Positions 54,101 to 63,500 of a stretch of 64,000 bases of DNA are shown here, piece after piece; position 1 is the stretch's first letter; every line of letters starts with the position of its first letter. The stretch spans positions 1 through 64,000 of IMG/VR virus record IMGVR_UViG_3300005563_000033; one strand, given 5' to 3'. The notes under the pieces were generated by a model. It had not been told where the DNA came from and did no database searches. It worked only from the letters and a program-made list of their open reading frames with translations. The translations under genes and the position numbers were made by a program. This stretch comes from a virus.

Positions 54101-57100
54101 TATTGAAAAATTCAAAGGGTGGAAATTGGATGAATCCTTAAATCAATATGCCAACAGAACAATTGGAGCGCATGCTAAATACGAAGGCGAACCGGCCAGT
54201 ACCCTATTAATCGACCATAGCAATAACATGATGGTCATGGATGCTTATCGTAAAAATGGTGGCAAATGGGATAAAAAGGCTATCCAATATTATCTGAATG
54301 CCGAAAAGCCGGAACCGGCATCCTTAGTGAAAGGAGAAAAGCCAAAGATCACCATATCGACACCAAATATTGTTAACGTAAAATTGAAAGAAAATCCAAT
54401 TATTGACTTAAATAATGAAAACCATGTATCTAGTGTTATAAAAACACAATGGGATGCCGTAAATGAAGGTAAGCTATTGGATAATGAGGGAAGTTCTATA
54501 CAAGGGCCAAATAACGGCATCGCATCTAATGGGCTTGAAAATTTGACAGATAAAACATGGGGACACGGATCGGATAGGTTGACTGTAAAAGACAGTCTAA
54601 AAGCATTACAGAGTTTGATGTCAGGTGGTAAATTCACAGGGTGGTTTGGGAAAATAAAAGAACCGGAAGGCGGGATGAATGTTCGTGATTATGGGGCTAA
54701 ATTTGTAGTGGCTACGGATGATGTAGAAGCCATACATGGAGAGAAAGGAACAGGTAAGTTAAATCCTAAAGAAGTTGAGATAATATTGAATGATCAATTA
54801 TCTCCTTTTGGCCAATCGCTAAAAAATGAGTACCCTGAATTTACTATTAAAGATTATAATGGGAAAGAATTTAAACAAATAAAACCAAAAGAAAATGTAT
54901 CAGTCGGACAAACAGCGCCGCTGGGCACACACGAAAACGGGGACGGAGGCACTGGGAGGACCAGCGAAAGTAGCGGAGTGGGACCAAGCCAGCAAGGGGA
55001 AGGACCTGCCGGAAACGGCCCCAAAAAAGAAGAAGATACGGGTCAAAAAGAAAAGCCAGTAAGCGACGAACTGCCTTTCATTGAAGAAGAAGGAGACAAT
55101 GAGTTTACCAGCACCAAAAATGAAGTAACCAAGCAGAAAGTAGAAGACTCTGGACTCAGGCCAGCAATGGAAGAAGCCGCTAGGGATTTTGGTAGTGTGT
55201 GGAAAGATGCCCAAAAGAAACTAAGTAAGGGTTTTGACATTGAAGGACTACTGAAGGGATTAGCCAAAAAGCCAAGGGCTGTGACTGACCTTGAAAACGC
55301 TATGATCCTTTTTCATCAAAACGTAAAAGAGGCGCAATTGGATGCCGCTAATAAGGAATTGGATCAGGCCAGAAAAGATGGCGACCGGGATAAATGGAAT
55401 GAAGCCTATGGAACGAGAGCAAGATTGTTAGACGACTTGCAAGATATTTATGACGTAGATAAGTCTATCGGTCGTGAAACGGCTAGAGGTTTGAATGCGC
55501 GGAAAATGATGGCAGACCGTAGGTTTTCGTTGGTGAATATGCAAATGGAGAAGCGGGCGGCAGGCGGCGGTGAACCATTAACCGAAAAACAAACGGAAGA
55601 GGTTCAAAAACAATATGAGGCTATAAAACAGGCTAAAGAGGCTCTTGATGCAAGAGTATCTGAATTGGAAAAAGAGAATGTCAGATTGAAGGCAGAAAAA
55701 TCCGTTCAGGGCCAACGGGGAACAGGCGGTCGTACGAAGAAAACAAAAGAGCAATACGCTCAGGACAGGAAAGATATTGTCCAAAAAATGAGGGATGATC
55801 TACTTAAAGCGGCCAAAGGCGGAGAAGGTTTAACCTCATCCATTCCCTTGGCGGCCCAATTGAAGGCCATTGCTCCGCACGTAAAAAAATTAGTCGAAAG
55901 TTTCATAGAGCAGGGTATTGATAAACTGGAAGATATTACCAAGGGGATTCATGATCTTTTAAGTCCTTCCATTCCTGAGTTAGAAGAAAGGCATATTCAT
56001 GACCTGATTGCCGGTGAATTCAATGAGCCCAAACCTAAATCCGGCACACCTTCAAAGGCACAACAGATAAAAGAAGAGGCTAAGGTACAAAAGTATAGAG
56101 CAACCGATCCAGTATTAATGAAAGCTCAGGCCGAATATGAAAAAGCAAAAGAAACATTCTTACAAAATATAAAGAAGGATCAACTTAAGGCCAGAACCGG
56201 ACTTCAAAAGATACAGGATGCTTTCCTTAAATATGAACGCTTTGCAAAGCTATCCAACCCTATTACCCTTGGCAAACTGTCAATGGCGGCGCTCACTAGA
56301 CTATCCACCACTCCCCTAGAAGAAGGCGTAGGCGCTGTTTATTCTAAATTGCTGCCAGGATTAGCCGCCAAAGCTCCGGGCGAAGCTGGCGCTAATGTAA
56401 AGGCATTGGCTAAAGGGTATAAAGCAGCTTTCATGAGAGGGTTGGATGATGCGGCAACCGTTGTAAAAGGTGGTAAAACAGATATAGAAGCCGTCTACGG
56501 AAAGAAGGGATATTTACCCCCCGAAGCCATAGATTTCTTCGGACAACTTCACAGTGCTATTAAAGCCCCGGTGAAAAGGTTTGCCTTTGAGCGGTCTTTC
56601 GAAAAGAGAATGGCCAATAATATTAAGAATGGGACGCCTATTGACGGAATGGTCGAGGCGCGTATTGCAGTGGAAGCCTATAAAGACGCCCAACGATCTA
56701 TATTCATGCAAGATAATGCCGTATCTCGCGGGTGGTCGATGTTGATAAATGGGCTGGAAAGAACGGATACGCCGGGCGGCAAAGAATTGGCAACGGCTAT
56801 GCAGTGGCTAATCCCGTTTGTGAAAGTGCCTACCAATATCGTAGGAGAGACGGTATCGCATGTAGCCGGACCTGAAATAGCATTGGCTAAAGTGCTTCAT
56901 GCCGGATTGACGAAAGGGCTTAAAAATTTGTCACAAGATGAAGCAGAAATGATCTTACGTAACCTTAAAAAAGGAACCATAGGACACGGAGCATTGATGT
57001 TGGGTTATTTGAATCCACAAGCATTTGGAGGGTATTACCAAAAGTATGAAAAACGAGACCCGGAAGATGTAAAATTCGGAGCGGCAAAACTTTTTGGAGT

Positions 57101-57554
57101 GAAAATACCTGCTTGGATGCTAGAAGCTCCTATACTCCAGACTATGCAATTGGGGGCAACCGTTAGACGTGTTAAAGACACAATGGTAAAGGGCCAGCCC
57201 AAAGGAATAGGAGAAGGGATGTGGGCTGGTGGGCTTGGGTTATTGGAACATGAACCCTTAATAGATGAGCCAGTAAGATTAGGCGAAATGTTGGGTAAGA
57301 GCAATGAAAGGCAGTACTTCATGGGTGAATTAGCCAAAAGCACGTTGGTTCCCGCTGCGGCTGATTATGCGGCAAAGGTGAGTGATCCGCTGGATACAAG
57401 ACCAGTGGGAGAAAGATTAATGGACCCTGAAAACAAAAGAAAGCCGACTACTATACCAGAACATATTGAAAGTGCCATACCGGGATTGCGTGAAAATGTA
57501 GAAGAAAAAAAACCAGTACCGCACAAACAAAGACAACATAAACCAGCTAGTTGA
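51147..57554 (+). CDS. Giant ejection/polyvalent protein with histidine-phosphatase domain
   Basis: 2135 aa; helical with Gly/Ala hydrophobic patches; RHADT..PLSEMG..HSGLERSAETA..LIDHS; C-terminal IPFVKVPTNI. Confidence 0.8.
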   Translation: MPVNKYDIPTFASRIKEKYPQYKDVNDTTLTKAIVDKHPEYREAVDLSGLDKQTSPVDQGIDKTTNKVNQSIQFNGTFQPDLEGEKNGVYTNDPDYQKQKADFVSKIMTDQQGRLLYPEQDTKGNWVNYYTKEPIVNFDPHEMRGKILQVPHEYLPATGGKKFITPVYNQKTGSYDFPDVQTPDVPHQETLPEATVYGGKKGNGESPELQGLSPEVNSILDESGKQGGQFSQILKKNPSLAQDIDKTLKKYGEPYVQSLKTGSEAMSNVLQKTVEDKFDLNKPLPQDVDPAILNGHLNVLNNFEKNRKQFEDTQKELQRQADLIADKAKRTGQPIAQQDVDILNQKSAKNTANWNEYTKAVKYAQNFVEQPAVKNYLDEFKKRQSGLQLLDEVRQRTFPSDINKEIKQDEYDRKAIEGNLNAWDYAKTFMGKAGAGISNIGESVLKAAPSVVTGGALRWSPEGEAKIESLNNGAQQFLSANLPSISQEALQEMDKRGMGHLIDDISSTLGGFAPYIIPGAAGEGLGAKAATFATALAESVPTVRKEAEKAGLTGAAYNTFITAKPLINAAFMTLLPNVKFAKGFDNDLAKSIVNGEFNSPKRFLLNMASKALKDPSDIAHLQAMLSGTEIGNNLVNQITNAIQKGQDIDRGISRKEGLPVDYSNIINPRQTAVMALAGKVLETIPTLKNAIGDRIAGKDIAETYNHIQSNIVELAAHNLDGVSKQVDALVKKDPGNIYAQHLKNTLQDFAYAKAHMPEGLNEDQQAAIFSLQQETSKAQRQLSTADPMYQPHLQKMVEEYNKQIGDIIKNPNKAIDYLKDSHKDLQEQILSPQTEQNGKETEANAQAEGVLSQPEGEAKEVAAKSPSYLLSRHADTKKDEEGKVSGPNQHPLSEMGKKDADDLATEVQMQADKTGIPITKIVHSGLERSAETANRVANRVKARTVSDPDLNTWANGDFDNISDQEWKDVQAWYGEHPDEVVYDGPIEKFKGWKLDESLNQYANRTIGAHAKYEGEPASTLLIDHSNNMMVMDAYRKNGGKWDKKAIQYYLNAEKPEPASLVKGEKPKITISTPNIVNVKLKENPIIDLNNENHVSSVIKTQWDAVNEGKLLDNEGSSIQGPNNGIASNGLENLTDKTWGHGSDRLTVKDSLKALQSLMSGGKFTGWFGKIKEPEGGMNVRDYGAKFVVATDDVEAIHGEKGTGKLNPKEVEIILNDQLSPFGQSLKNEYPEFTIKDYNGKEFKQIKPKENVSVGQTAPLGTHENGDGGTGRTSESSGVGPSQQGEGPAGNGPKKEEDTGQKEKPVSDELPFIEEEGDNEFTSTKNEVTKQKVEDSGLRPAMEEAARDFGSVWKDAQKKLSKGFDIEGLLKGLAKKPRAVTDLENAMILFHQNVKEAQLDAANKELDQARKDGDRDKWNEAYGTRARLLDDLQDIYDVDKSIGRETARGLNARKMMADRRFSLVNMQMEKRAAGGGEPLTEKQTEEVQKQYEAIKQAKEALDARVSELEKENVRLKAEKSVQGQRGTGGRTKKTKEQYAQDRKDIVQKMRDDLLKAAKGGEGLTSSIPLAAQLKAIAPHVKKLVESFIEQGIDKLEDITKGIHDLLSPSIPELEERHIHDLIAGEFNEPKPKSGTPSKAQQIKEEAKVQKYRATDPVLMKAQAEYEKAKETFLQNIKKDQLKARTGLQKIQDAFLKYERFAKLSNPITLGKLSMAALTRLSTTPLEEGVGAVYSKLLPGLAAKAPGEAGANVKALAKGYKAAFMRGLDDAATVVKGGKTDIEAVYGKKGYLPPEAIDFFGQLHSAIKAPVKRFAFERSFEKRMANNIKNGTPIDGMVEARIAVEAYKDAQRSIFMQDNAVSRGWSMLINGLERTDTPGGKELATAMQWLIPFVKVPTNIVGETVSHVAGPEIALAKVLHAGLTKGLKNLSQDEAEMILRNLKKGTIGHGALMLGYLNPQAFGGYYQKYEKRDPEDVKFGAAKLFGVKIPAWMLEAPILQTMQLGATVRRVKDTMVKGQPKGIGEGMWAGGLGLLEHEPLIDEPVRLGEMLGKSNERQYFMGELAKSTLVPAAADYAAKVSDPLDTRPVGERLMDPENKRKPTTIPEHIESAIPGLRENVEEKKPVPHKQRQHKPAS
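53656..53700 (+). CDS. Nested +1-frame basic peptide MAKKPKPMPKPKGY
   Basis: A-rich start context; inside a low-complexity linker of the giant gene. Confidence 0.4.
   Translation: MAKKPKPMPKPKGY
54895..55062 (+). CDS. Nested +1-frame small basic protein, 55 aa
   Basis: MYQSDKQRRWAHTKTGTEALGGPAKVAEWDQASKGKDLPETAPKKKKIRVKKKSQ; preceded by AAACAAATAAAACCAAAAGAAA. Confidence 0.65.
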   Translation: MYQSDKQRRWAHTKTGTEALGGPAKVAEWDQASKGKDLPETAPKKKKIRVKKKSQ

Positions 57555-58522
57555 GAAAGTATTATGCCATATTACCAAGTGAAGGAGGGGAAGTAGAAGA
57601 ACTACCAAAGACAGCGGCAACCCCATCCTTAGCGTCCTTGCCTACAATGGCTAATCCTATTGTCGCACCCGTTCCCGCTGCTGCACCTTCTTTGCCTATT
57701 AAAGCAGCTTCTATTCCGCCTGATAGAATACCGTTGCCCAATTTCAATGATGCAGCTTCAAGAGGAAATTACCTCAAACAATGGCAGGGGAAATACGGGA
57801 GCTTAGAGGGAAGAGGAGACACCGTTTTGAAAGTAAATGAAACTCCGAGAACAGGCTCGGCAACAGCTAAAGAAATTTCGGCTAAAGCAGCAGGTAAATA
57901 CGGCCTTGATCCGGCTTTATTGTATTCATCTGCTATGGAAGAGGGTATGAGTGGGCTTTTTAAAGACAAATCAGGAATTGATACCAAACATAGAAAACCC
58001 TCTGATTTTGGTTATCAGGATTATTACGGAGATAAAGAATATCCTATCGAAGGAAAGGAGAATTTTGGATTAAACACTTTTGCAGATAGGTTCCCGGATT
58101 TAGTGAAAAAAGGATATTTGAGTGCTGATTTTGCAAAGAACTTCAGAGGAGCAAAAAACGAAACCGGTGGTTTTTTGAGAAATGATTTCAAAAGCGTGGA
58201 TGCTGCTATGCAAGCTAAGGCAGCTATCATGAAATATCATTATGACGATATAGATTCATATGCGGCACATCGGGGGATAAAACTTTCTCCTAAAGCCAGA
58301 GATTTTTTTGCGCTTGCAGAATACAACGGAGGCGAAGGTACGGGGCATCAAATGCTAAATGATTATTACAATAACGGCCATTTAGAAGGAGACAAATTTT
58401 TGCAAGGACGACCGACAACCGGGAAGGGTCTAAAGGCTGACTCCTACAAGGCTGTGTATGACAATGTAGCCCGAAGACTGAGAATGCAAGAAGGACTTAA
58501 AAAAGAAGGATTATTTGACTAA
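57551..58522 (+). CDS. Lytic transglycosylase (SLT/lysozyme-like), probably virion-associated
   Basis: AAGKYGLDPALLYSSAMEEG and ALAEYNGGEG. Confidence 0.7.
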   Translation: MRKYYAILPSEGGEVEELPKTAATPSLASLPTMANPIVAPVPAAAPSLPIKAASIPPDRIPLPNFNDAASRGNYLKQWQGKYGSLEGRGDTVLKVNETPRTGSATAKEISAKAAGKYGLDPALLYSSAMEEGMSGLFKDKSGIDTKHRKPSDFGYQDYYGDKEYPIEGKENFGLNTFADRFPDLVKKGYLSADFAKNFRGAKNETGGFLRNDFKSVDAAMQAKAAIMKYHYDDIDSYAAHRGIKLSPKARDFFALAEYNGGEGTGHQMLNDYYNNGHLEGDKFLQGRPTTGKGLKADSYKAVYDNVARRLRMQEGLKKEGLFD

Positions 58523-58558
58523 TATAACCATTTTCATTAATTTTAACAAACCAATAAA

Positions 58559-59071
58559 ATGCCGATAGTCCCCAACGTATCTTTAGGATCGGTTAACACC
58601 GGAGCGACAATCGATCCTAGTGCGATTATCGCTCAAGATATTTCTACGGGTTCCGATGTGGCTATAGCGTCGCGGCAAATTCTCCTATATACAGTACAGA
58701 ATGCACAATTTGTCGCGGCTATTCCTTGGCCCTTGGCGACAAATCCAATTACAATAAATCCCCTTACGCAAGACATCGCACTTAACTGCGTAATTAATTG
58801 GTTAGATGGAAGCGGGAATGTCCTTTATACATTTTCTGCAATACAATCATTTACGGGGTATGGGGAGAATTTTGCCTATAATTTAATTCAGACCGAAGAG
58901 TCTTCACCCGGCATTTTACAGGATACAAACTATCAGAATTACGTAAATACGCTTAATAATTATTTAGTTTCTGCTGTAAGAGCTATTTCCGTAGGGCAGA
59001 GTTTAAAAAATGCTCAATTGATGATACTGAAAGAGCAATATTTGGTAACTAATTCAAATAGGTATTATTAA
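58559..59071 (+). CDS. Putative tail hub/structural protein
   Basis: Beta N-terminus and helical C-terminus; start of the fibre module. Confidence 0.55.
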   Translation: MPIVPNVSLGSVNTGATIDPSAIIAQDISTGSDVAIASRQILLYTVQNAQFVAAIPWPLATNPITINPLTQDIALNCVINWLDGSGNVLYTFSAIQSFTGYGENFAYNLIQTEESSPGILQDTNYQNYVNTLNNYLVSAVRAISVGQSLKNAQLMILKEQYLVTNSNRYY

Positions 59072-59940
59072 TGCCAAGCGAATACTCTATACAAACCATT
59101 TTGTCTATCGCTGATATTAGTCAATATTTGGCCAATGCCGATAATGACAAACAAACCTTTTTCAAAGGCGGAACGCTTGATCCACTATTGGGCAGAACTA
59201 TTTATAGGATAAGAAGGTCTTTGGGATTAAGATTTCAGGCCGCTCCGAACGATACAACTTTAAGAGGAACAGCAGAGTATCTTTTATCATTATGTGGGCC
59301 TTATGCCTTACAAGCAAAGCAAATATTGAACAATCTGGGCCAATCTCCCCCAGTGATAACAGGACCAAATAACCAAAGCGTTCTCGTAGGGCAGACCGGA
59401 ACGTTTAGCGTATCGGTTACAGGAACAGCACCATTCGCTTATCAGTGGTATCTCAACTCTGTTCTTATACCGGGAGCCACAAGTAGTTCTTATTCTAAAA
59501 CAAATGCGCAGCTTACTGATAGTGGTGGGGTATATTTCGTAAAAGTAAGCAATCCTGCCGCACCTTCAGGAGTATTTAGTAATACAGCTACTTTGACGGT
59601 TACGGCTGTATTACAGGGCTTTTTCGCTTATATGGACACTGATCCAGGCCCAGACTTGCAAGCCAATTTAGACCCATTCACTTATCAATCGACTTTTGCC
59701 ATAACGCACAATGCCCCCTTTGTAATAACCTTACCGGGAGCCAGTACGCCGAATAAATACCTTATTGTAAAAGTTCCTATTGGAGAATCTGTAAAATCAA
59801 CGTGGTTCAATACTCCGCTGAATAATGGCACTATACCGGATAGCGTATGGCAGTCATTGATACAATTTGGCGGATTTTCATATTATTACACGCGGGTAGC
59901 TGCCAGCATGGACACTTCACAAACTTTAACTCTTTCATAA
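59071..59940 (+). CDS. Ig-domain structural protein (fibre adaptor-like)
   Basis: PVITGPNNQSVLVGQTGTFSVSVTGTAPFAYQWY..DSGGVYFVKVSN (I-set-like). Confidence 0.75.
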   Translation: MPSEYSIQTILSIADISQYLANADNDKQTFFKGGTLDPLLGRTIYRIRRSLGLRFQAAPNDTTLRGTAEYLLSLCGPYALQAKQILNNLGQSPPVITGPNNQSVLVGQTGTFSVSVTGTAPFAYQWYLNSVLIPGATSSSYSKTNAQLTDSGGVYFVKVSNPAAPSGVFSNTATLTVTAVLQGFFAYMDTDPGPDLQANLDPFTYQSTFAITHNAPFVITLPGASTPNKYLIVKVPIGESVKSTWFNTPLNNGTIPDSVWQSLIQFGGFSYYYTRVAASMDTSQTLTLS

Positions 59941-60518
59941 TGAATGAATTTGTAGACATAAAAGGATTCGAAGGTTTTTTTAAAATCAACTCTATTGGTG
60001 AGGTATTTAGTTATGACAGGGTTGTAAATACTGGCAACGGATTTTACATTATGAAAGCAAAAAAATTAGCCATTGTTATAAGACAAAAATACCCGTCAGT
60101 ATCATTATGCATGAATGGCGGAAGAGTCAAGAAATTTCTCCACGTGTTATTGGCAGAGCATTTTATTCCCAATCCGAATAACTTTAAATTTGTTAGGCAT
60201 TTGAATGATGATAAATTAGATTTTCGGTTGGAAAACCTGGCGTGGGGTACGCATGCCGATAACGCCGCAGACGCCATAAGAAATGGTAAATTTGTCTTTT
60301 TGAAGCCGGAAAATAATCCTCAAACTGGCAAGAAAGGAAAATTAAGTATGTTTTATAGGGAGAAGAGCGGTCGCGCAAGACTAGTCTTAGATTTAAATAC
60401 TGGCATTTTTTATGAAACTGCGAAAGATGCTGCCGAAGCAAAAAATGTTAAATACAAGGGACTGGCTAGAAAATTATTAGGGCGCAGAAAAAATAATACA
60501 GGAATGGTTTATGTATAA
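59940..60518 (+). CDS. NUMOD4-HNH homing endonuclease
   Basis: DIKGFEGFFKINSIGEV, HVLLAEHFIPNP..VRHLNDDKLD..LENLAWGT..N; ATG overlaps the upstream TAA. Confidence 0.85.
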   Translation: MNEFVDIKGFEGFFKINSIGEVFSYDRVVNTGNGFYIMKAKKLAIVIRQKYPSVSLCMNGGRVKKFLHVLLAEHFIPNPNNFKFVRHLNDDKLDFRLENLAWGTHADNAADAIRNGKFVFLKPENNPQTGKKGKLSMFYREKSGRARLVLDLNTGIFYETAKDAAEAKNVKYKGLARKLLGRRKNNTGMVYV

Positions 60519-60536
60519 ATAATAAAATTGAACGAT

Positions 60537-63500
60537 ATGGCTCCAAAAGAAAGAAGGAGGTTAGGGAATAAATATCCCTCCCTCTTTCTGACGATAATCA
60601 TACTATTATTATGCGTTAAAGTAAATTCTCAGACGTATAATCCTAGCTTACATACGGTTACAAATAAGGCTCTGGGGATAGCGCAAGCAACACCTACGGA
60701 TGCTCGTAGTATGTTCTATGATCAGACAAATTTTATTTACAGACCCTATCAATCTATTGTTGAGGTTAAAACATATTTGAATCTAGCAAAATATCGAACT
60801 GGTAATTTCTTAATTGTAGTCGATTCCGGAGGTTTATTGCAACCGAACGGCGTGTATGTCGGGGGGCATAATAATTTTTGGATGTTTAAAGATTCTACGG
60901 CAGATGCAAATCTCATAGAATTAAATCTTCAAGGAAGTTCCGGAAGTTGTGCTGGATGTCTTTTGGCTGTTAATAATCTAAGTGATTTAGCTAATGCTAC
61001 AACCGCTCGATCTAACCTTGGCTTAGGTTCCATATCTACATTGTCATCTACCGCATCAGGAGGTGACGCGTCGGGGAACTGGCCTGCCATCACCGTAAAC
61101 TCAATTCAAGGGAAGAATTTAGCCTACATAACCAACTATCTCAATTTAAGTAACACTCCGGCAATTCCAAGTCAATTAAACCCAACAGGACTAGGTTTAG
61201 TAACCATAACGGGGGTATACCCCAATCTTACGTGGACTGGAAGAACACCGGGAATCGAGGAAACTATTTTCGCGAATAATGCTACGTCTCGAACTGACTC
61301 TCTTAATATAGGAGCTTTCTTGTTTAGGATGTATGGTACATCTGCTTTTGGACTTCCCAAGGGTACAACAGCACAAAGACCGTCCTCTGCTGCTGCCGGT
61401 GACACCAGATGGAATACGGATAGTTTAAAGAAAGAAACATTTGACGGTGCTTCATGGGTAACAGATGGAAGCGGGGGAGGGGGTGGAGGCGGTATTACAG
61501 CCCTTACAGGAGACGGTACGGCATCAGGAACAGGATCAGTACCTTTCACCTTAGCAACAGTTAATAGTAATGTCTTTGGCTCCAATACCTTTTTGAAATT
61601 TGGGGTGAATGGCAAAGGTTTGGTAACAAGTGCGACCGCCGTAGGATCAGGAGATATTACGGGAGCTTTGGGCTTCACTCCTTATAATGCTACCAATCCG
61701 GCAGGATACATTTCTAACATAACAGGACTCGTAACTCAGGGTACGGAAATAAGTATAACGGGTTCTGGAACGTCTGGGACACCTTACGTAGTCAATTCTA
61801 AGGCCAATATCCGGACGGTTAAAACAATAGCCAATTTGTATGCGCTACCTACGGCAGGGTTAACGGACAGTGCGGTGGTTGTGGTTACGGATACAGTTGC
61901 AGGTGGACCTATGATGTGGATTTCCACTACAACTACTGTAGAAGATTCGGGAACAATATTCAAACCAACTGCCATTAGTTCGGGAAGCCCTGGCCGGTGG
62001 ATACGTCAATACAACGGGTTAAAAAGTTTGCATTTTTGGGGTGTGAACGGCGACAATAGCACCAACGTTACAAGACGTACACAGCTTGCTATGAATAGTT
62101 GTGTGGGTGGTACTTTATATGTTCCATCGGGGATATACCTGATCGACTCTCTTATTTATCCAGCGCAATTATCCATGAGAGGGGAAAGCCGTAGGAATAC
62201 ACGCTTCCAGGCAACCGCCAGCGGTGCCCAATCTTTCATACGTCTTGGCCCCGGTCAGTCTAATGAAATTTATTGGACAGATATATCCATTGTAGCCAAT
62301 GCCAGTAACGTAGGTCAAAAAGGATTTGACTTTACGGCGGTTCCGGGGTCAACTACGGGTGGTTTGTGGAACTTCGAAATGGACAGAGTGGATGTAACGA
62401 ATTTCAGAGGTACGGGTATTAACCTATACTGTCATGATGGAGCCTTTGATATGGCGCATCAATTCCTAACTTTCCGTCAAGTAAGAGTCTATTGTACCAC
62501 CGATACAGCCTCTCATGCCGTGGTATGGGATGGGCAAGTCAACCAGACAACTTTTGATGATTGCGAATTCGATTGCCCTAGTTGGGCAGCCGGAACGAGA
62601 GGCGTTGTTTTGATTAGTGGAGGCGCAAGCAATGACCAGATCGTAGGAGGCAATACTTTTCATAACATATCGGTTCAAGGGTTTGATCAGGCTGTATATA
62701 CTTATAATGCACAAGGGGTAAGTTTCACGCAGGATTATTTTGAGTCAGACAGCGTTGGCATCTATGCCACCAATAGTTCCCGCATTACCGTGTACGACAT
62801 TCACCTGTCCAATGTAGGTAACACCAGATACGTGTTTGGGAATGACAATAGCGTAATGGACATTCTAGGATACCGGCTAACTCCCAACCCCATCACCGGA
62901 AAATTCTATACCTCTCCGGGCGGAACTTCGGGCGGCGGCGTTATTCAACGTGGTGTTGGGCAAACAACCAATACCGTAACAACTGTTTTTACCGGGCAGA
63001 ACATAAACGTCTCTGCTAACACCTTAAACACGGGTTATTTTACCGACATTATAACCAACGTAAGCAGTTCTGTATCCAGCTATGTAACGACCATTAACAG
63101 CAATCTTAGCCCAACGGAGCATCTTTTTATAAGAGCTTATGACGCATCTCATACCAGCAATAATGCTTTGTTATTTAAATCGGGCGGTAATATATCTCTT
63201 CCCGGTAGTTTAGATAGCGGAATGCTGGTATTGCATGACGGACAATCGGCAGAGTTTGCACGTACTGACATTGGCACTAGTGTATGGGCTTTGGTGCCTT
63301 CGTCTATTACGCCCTTATACATGAGTGCCTTTCCAACTACTGGCTTGTGGATTACTGGCAACGTTGTTTATAACAGCAATCCAACTTTCGGAACGGCTGG
63401 GATATGGGTATGTAAGAAAGGGGGCATTGGAGCAGCAGCTTTATGGGATAGTCTTGTAGTGGGAGCAGGGGGCGGAAGCGGAGGGACTAATTCAAATGTG

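Noticed and set aside
51147-57554. Virion RNA polymerase
   Set aside because: No DxDxD catalytic loop found; the GDFDN string lies within the phosphatase domain
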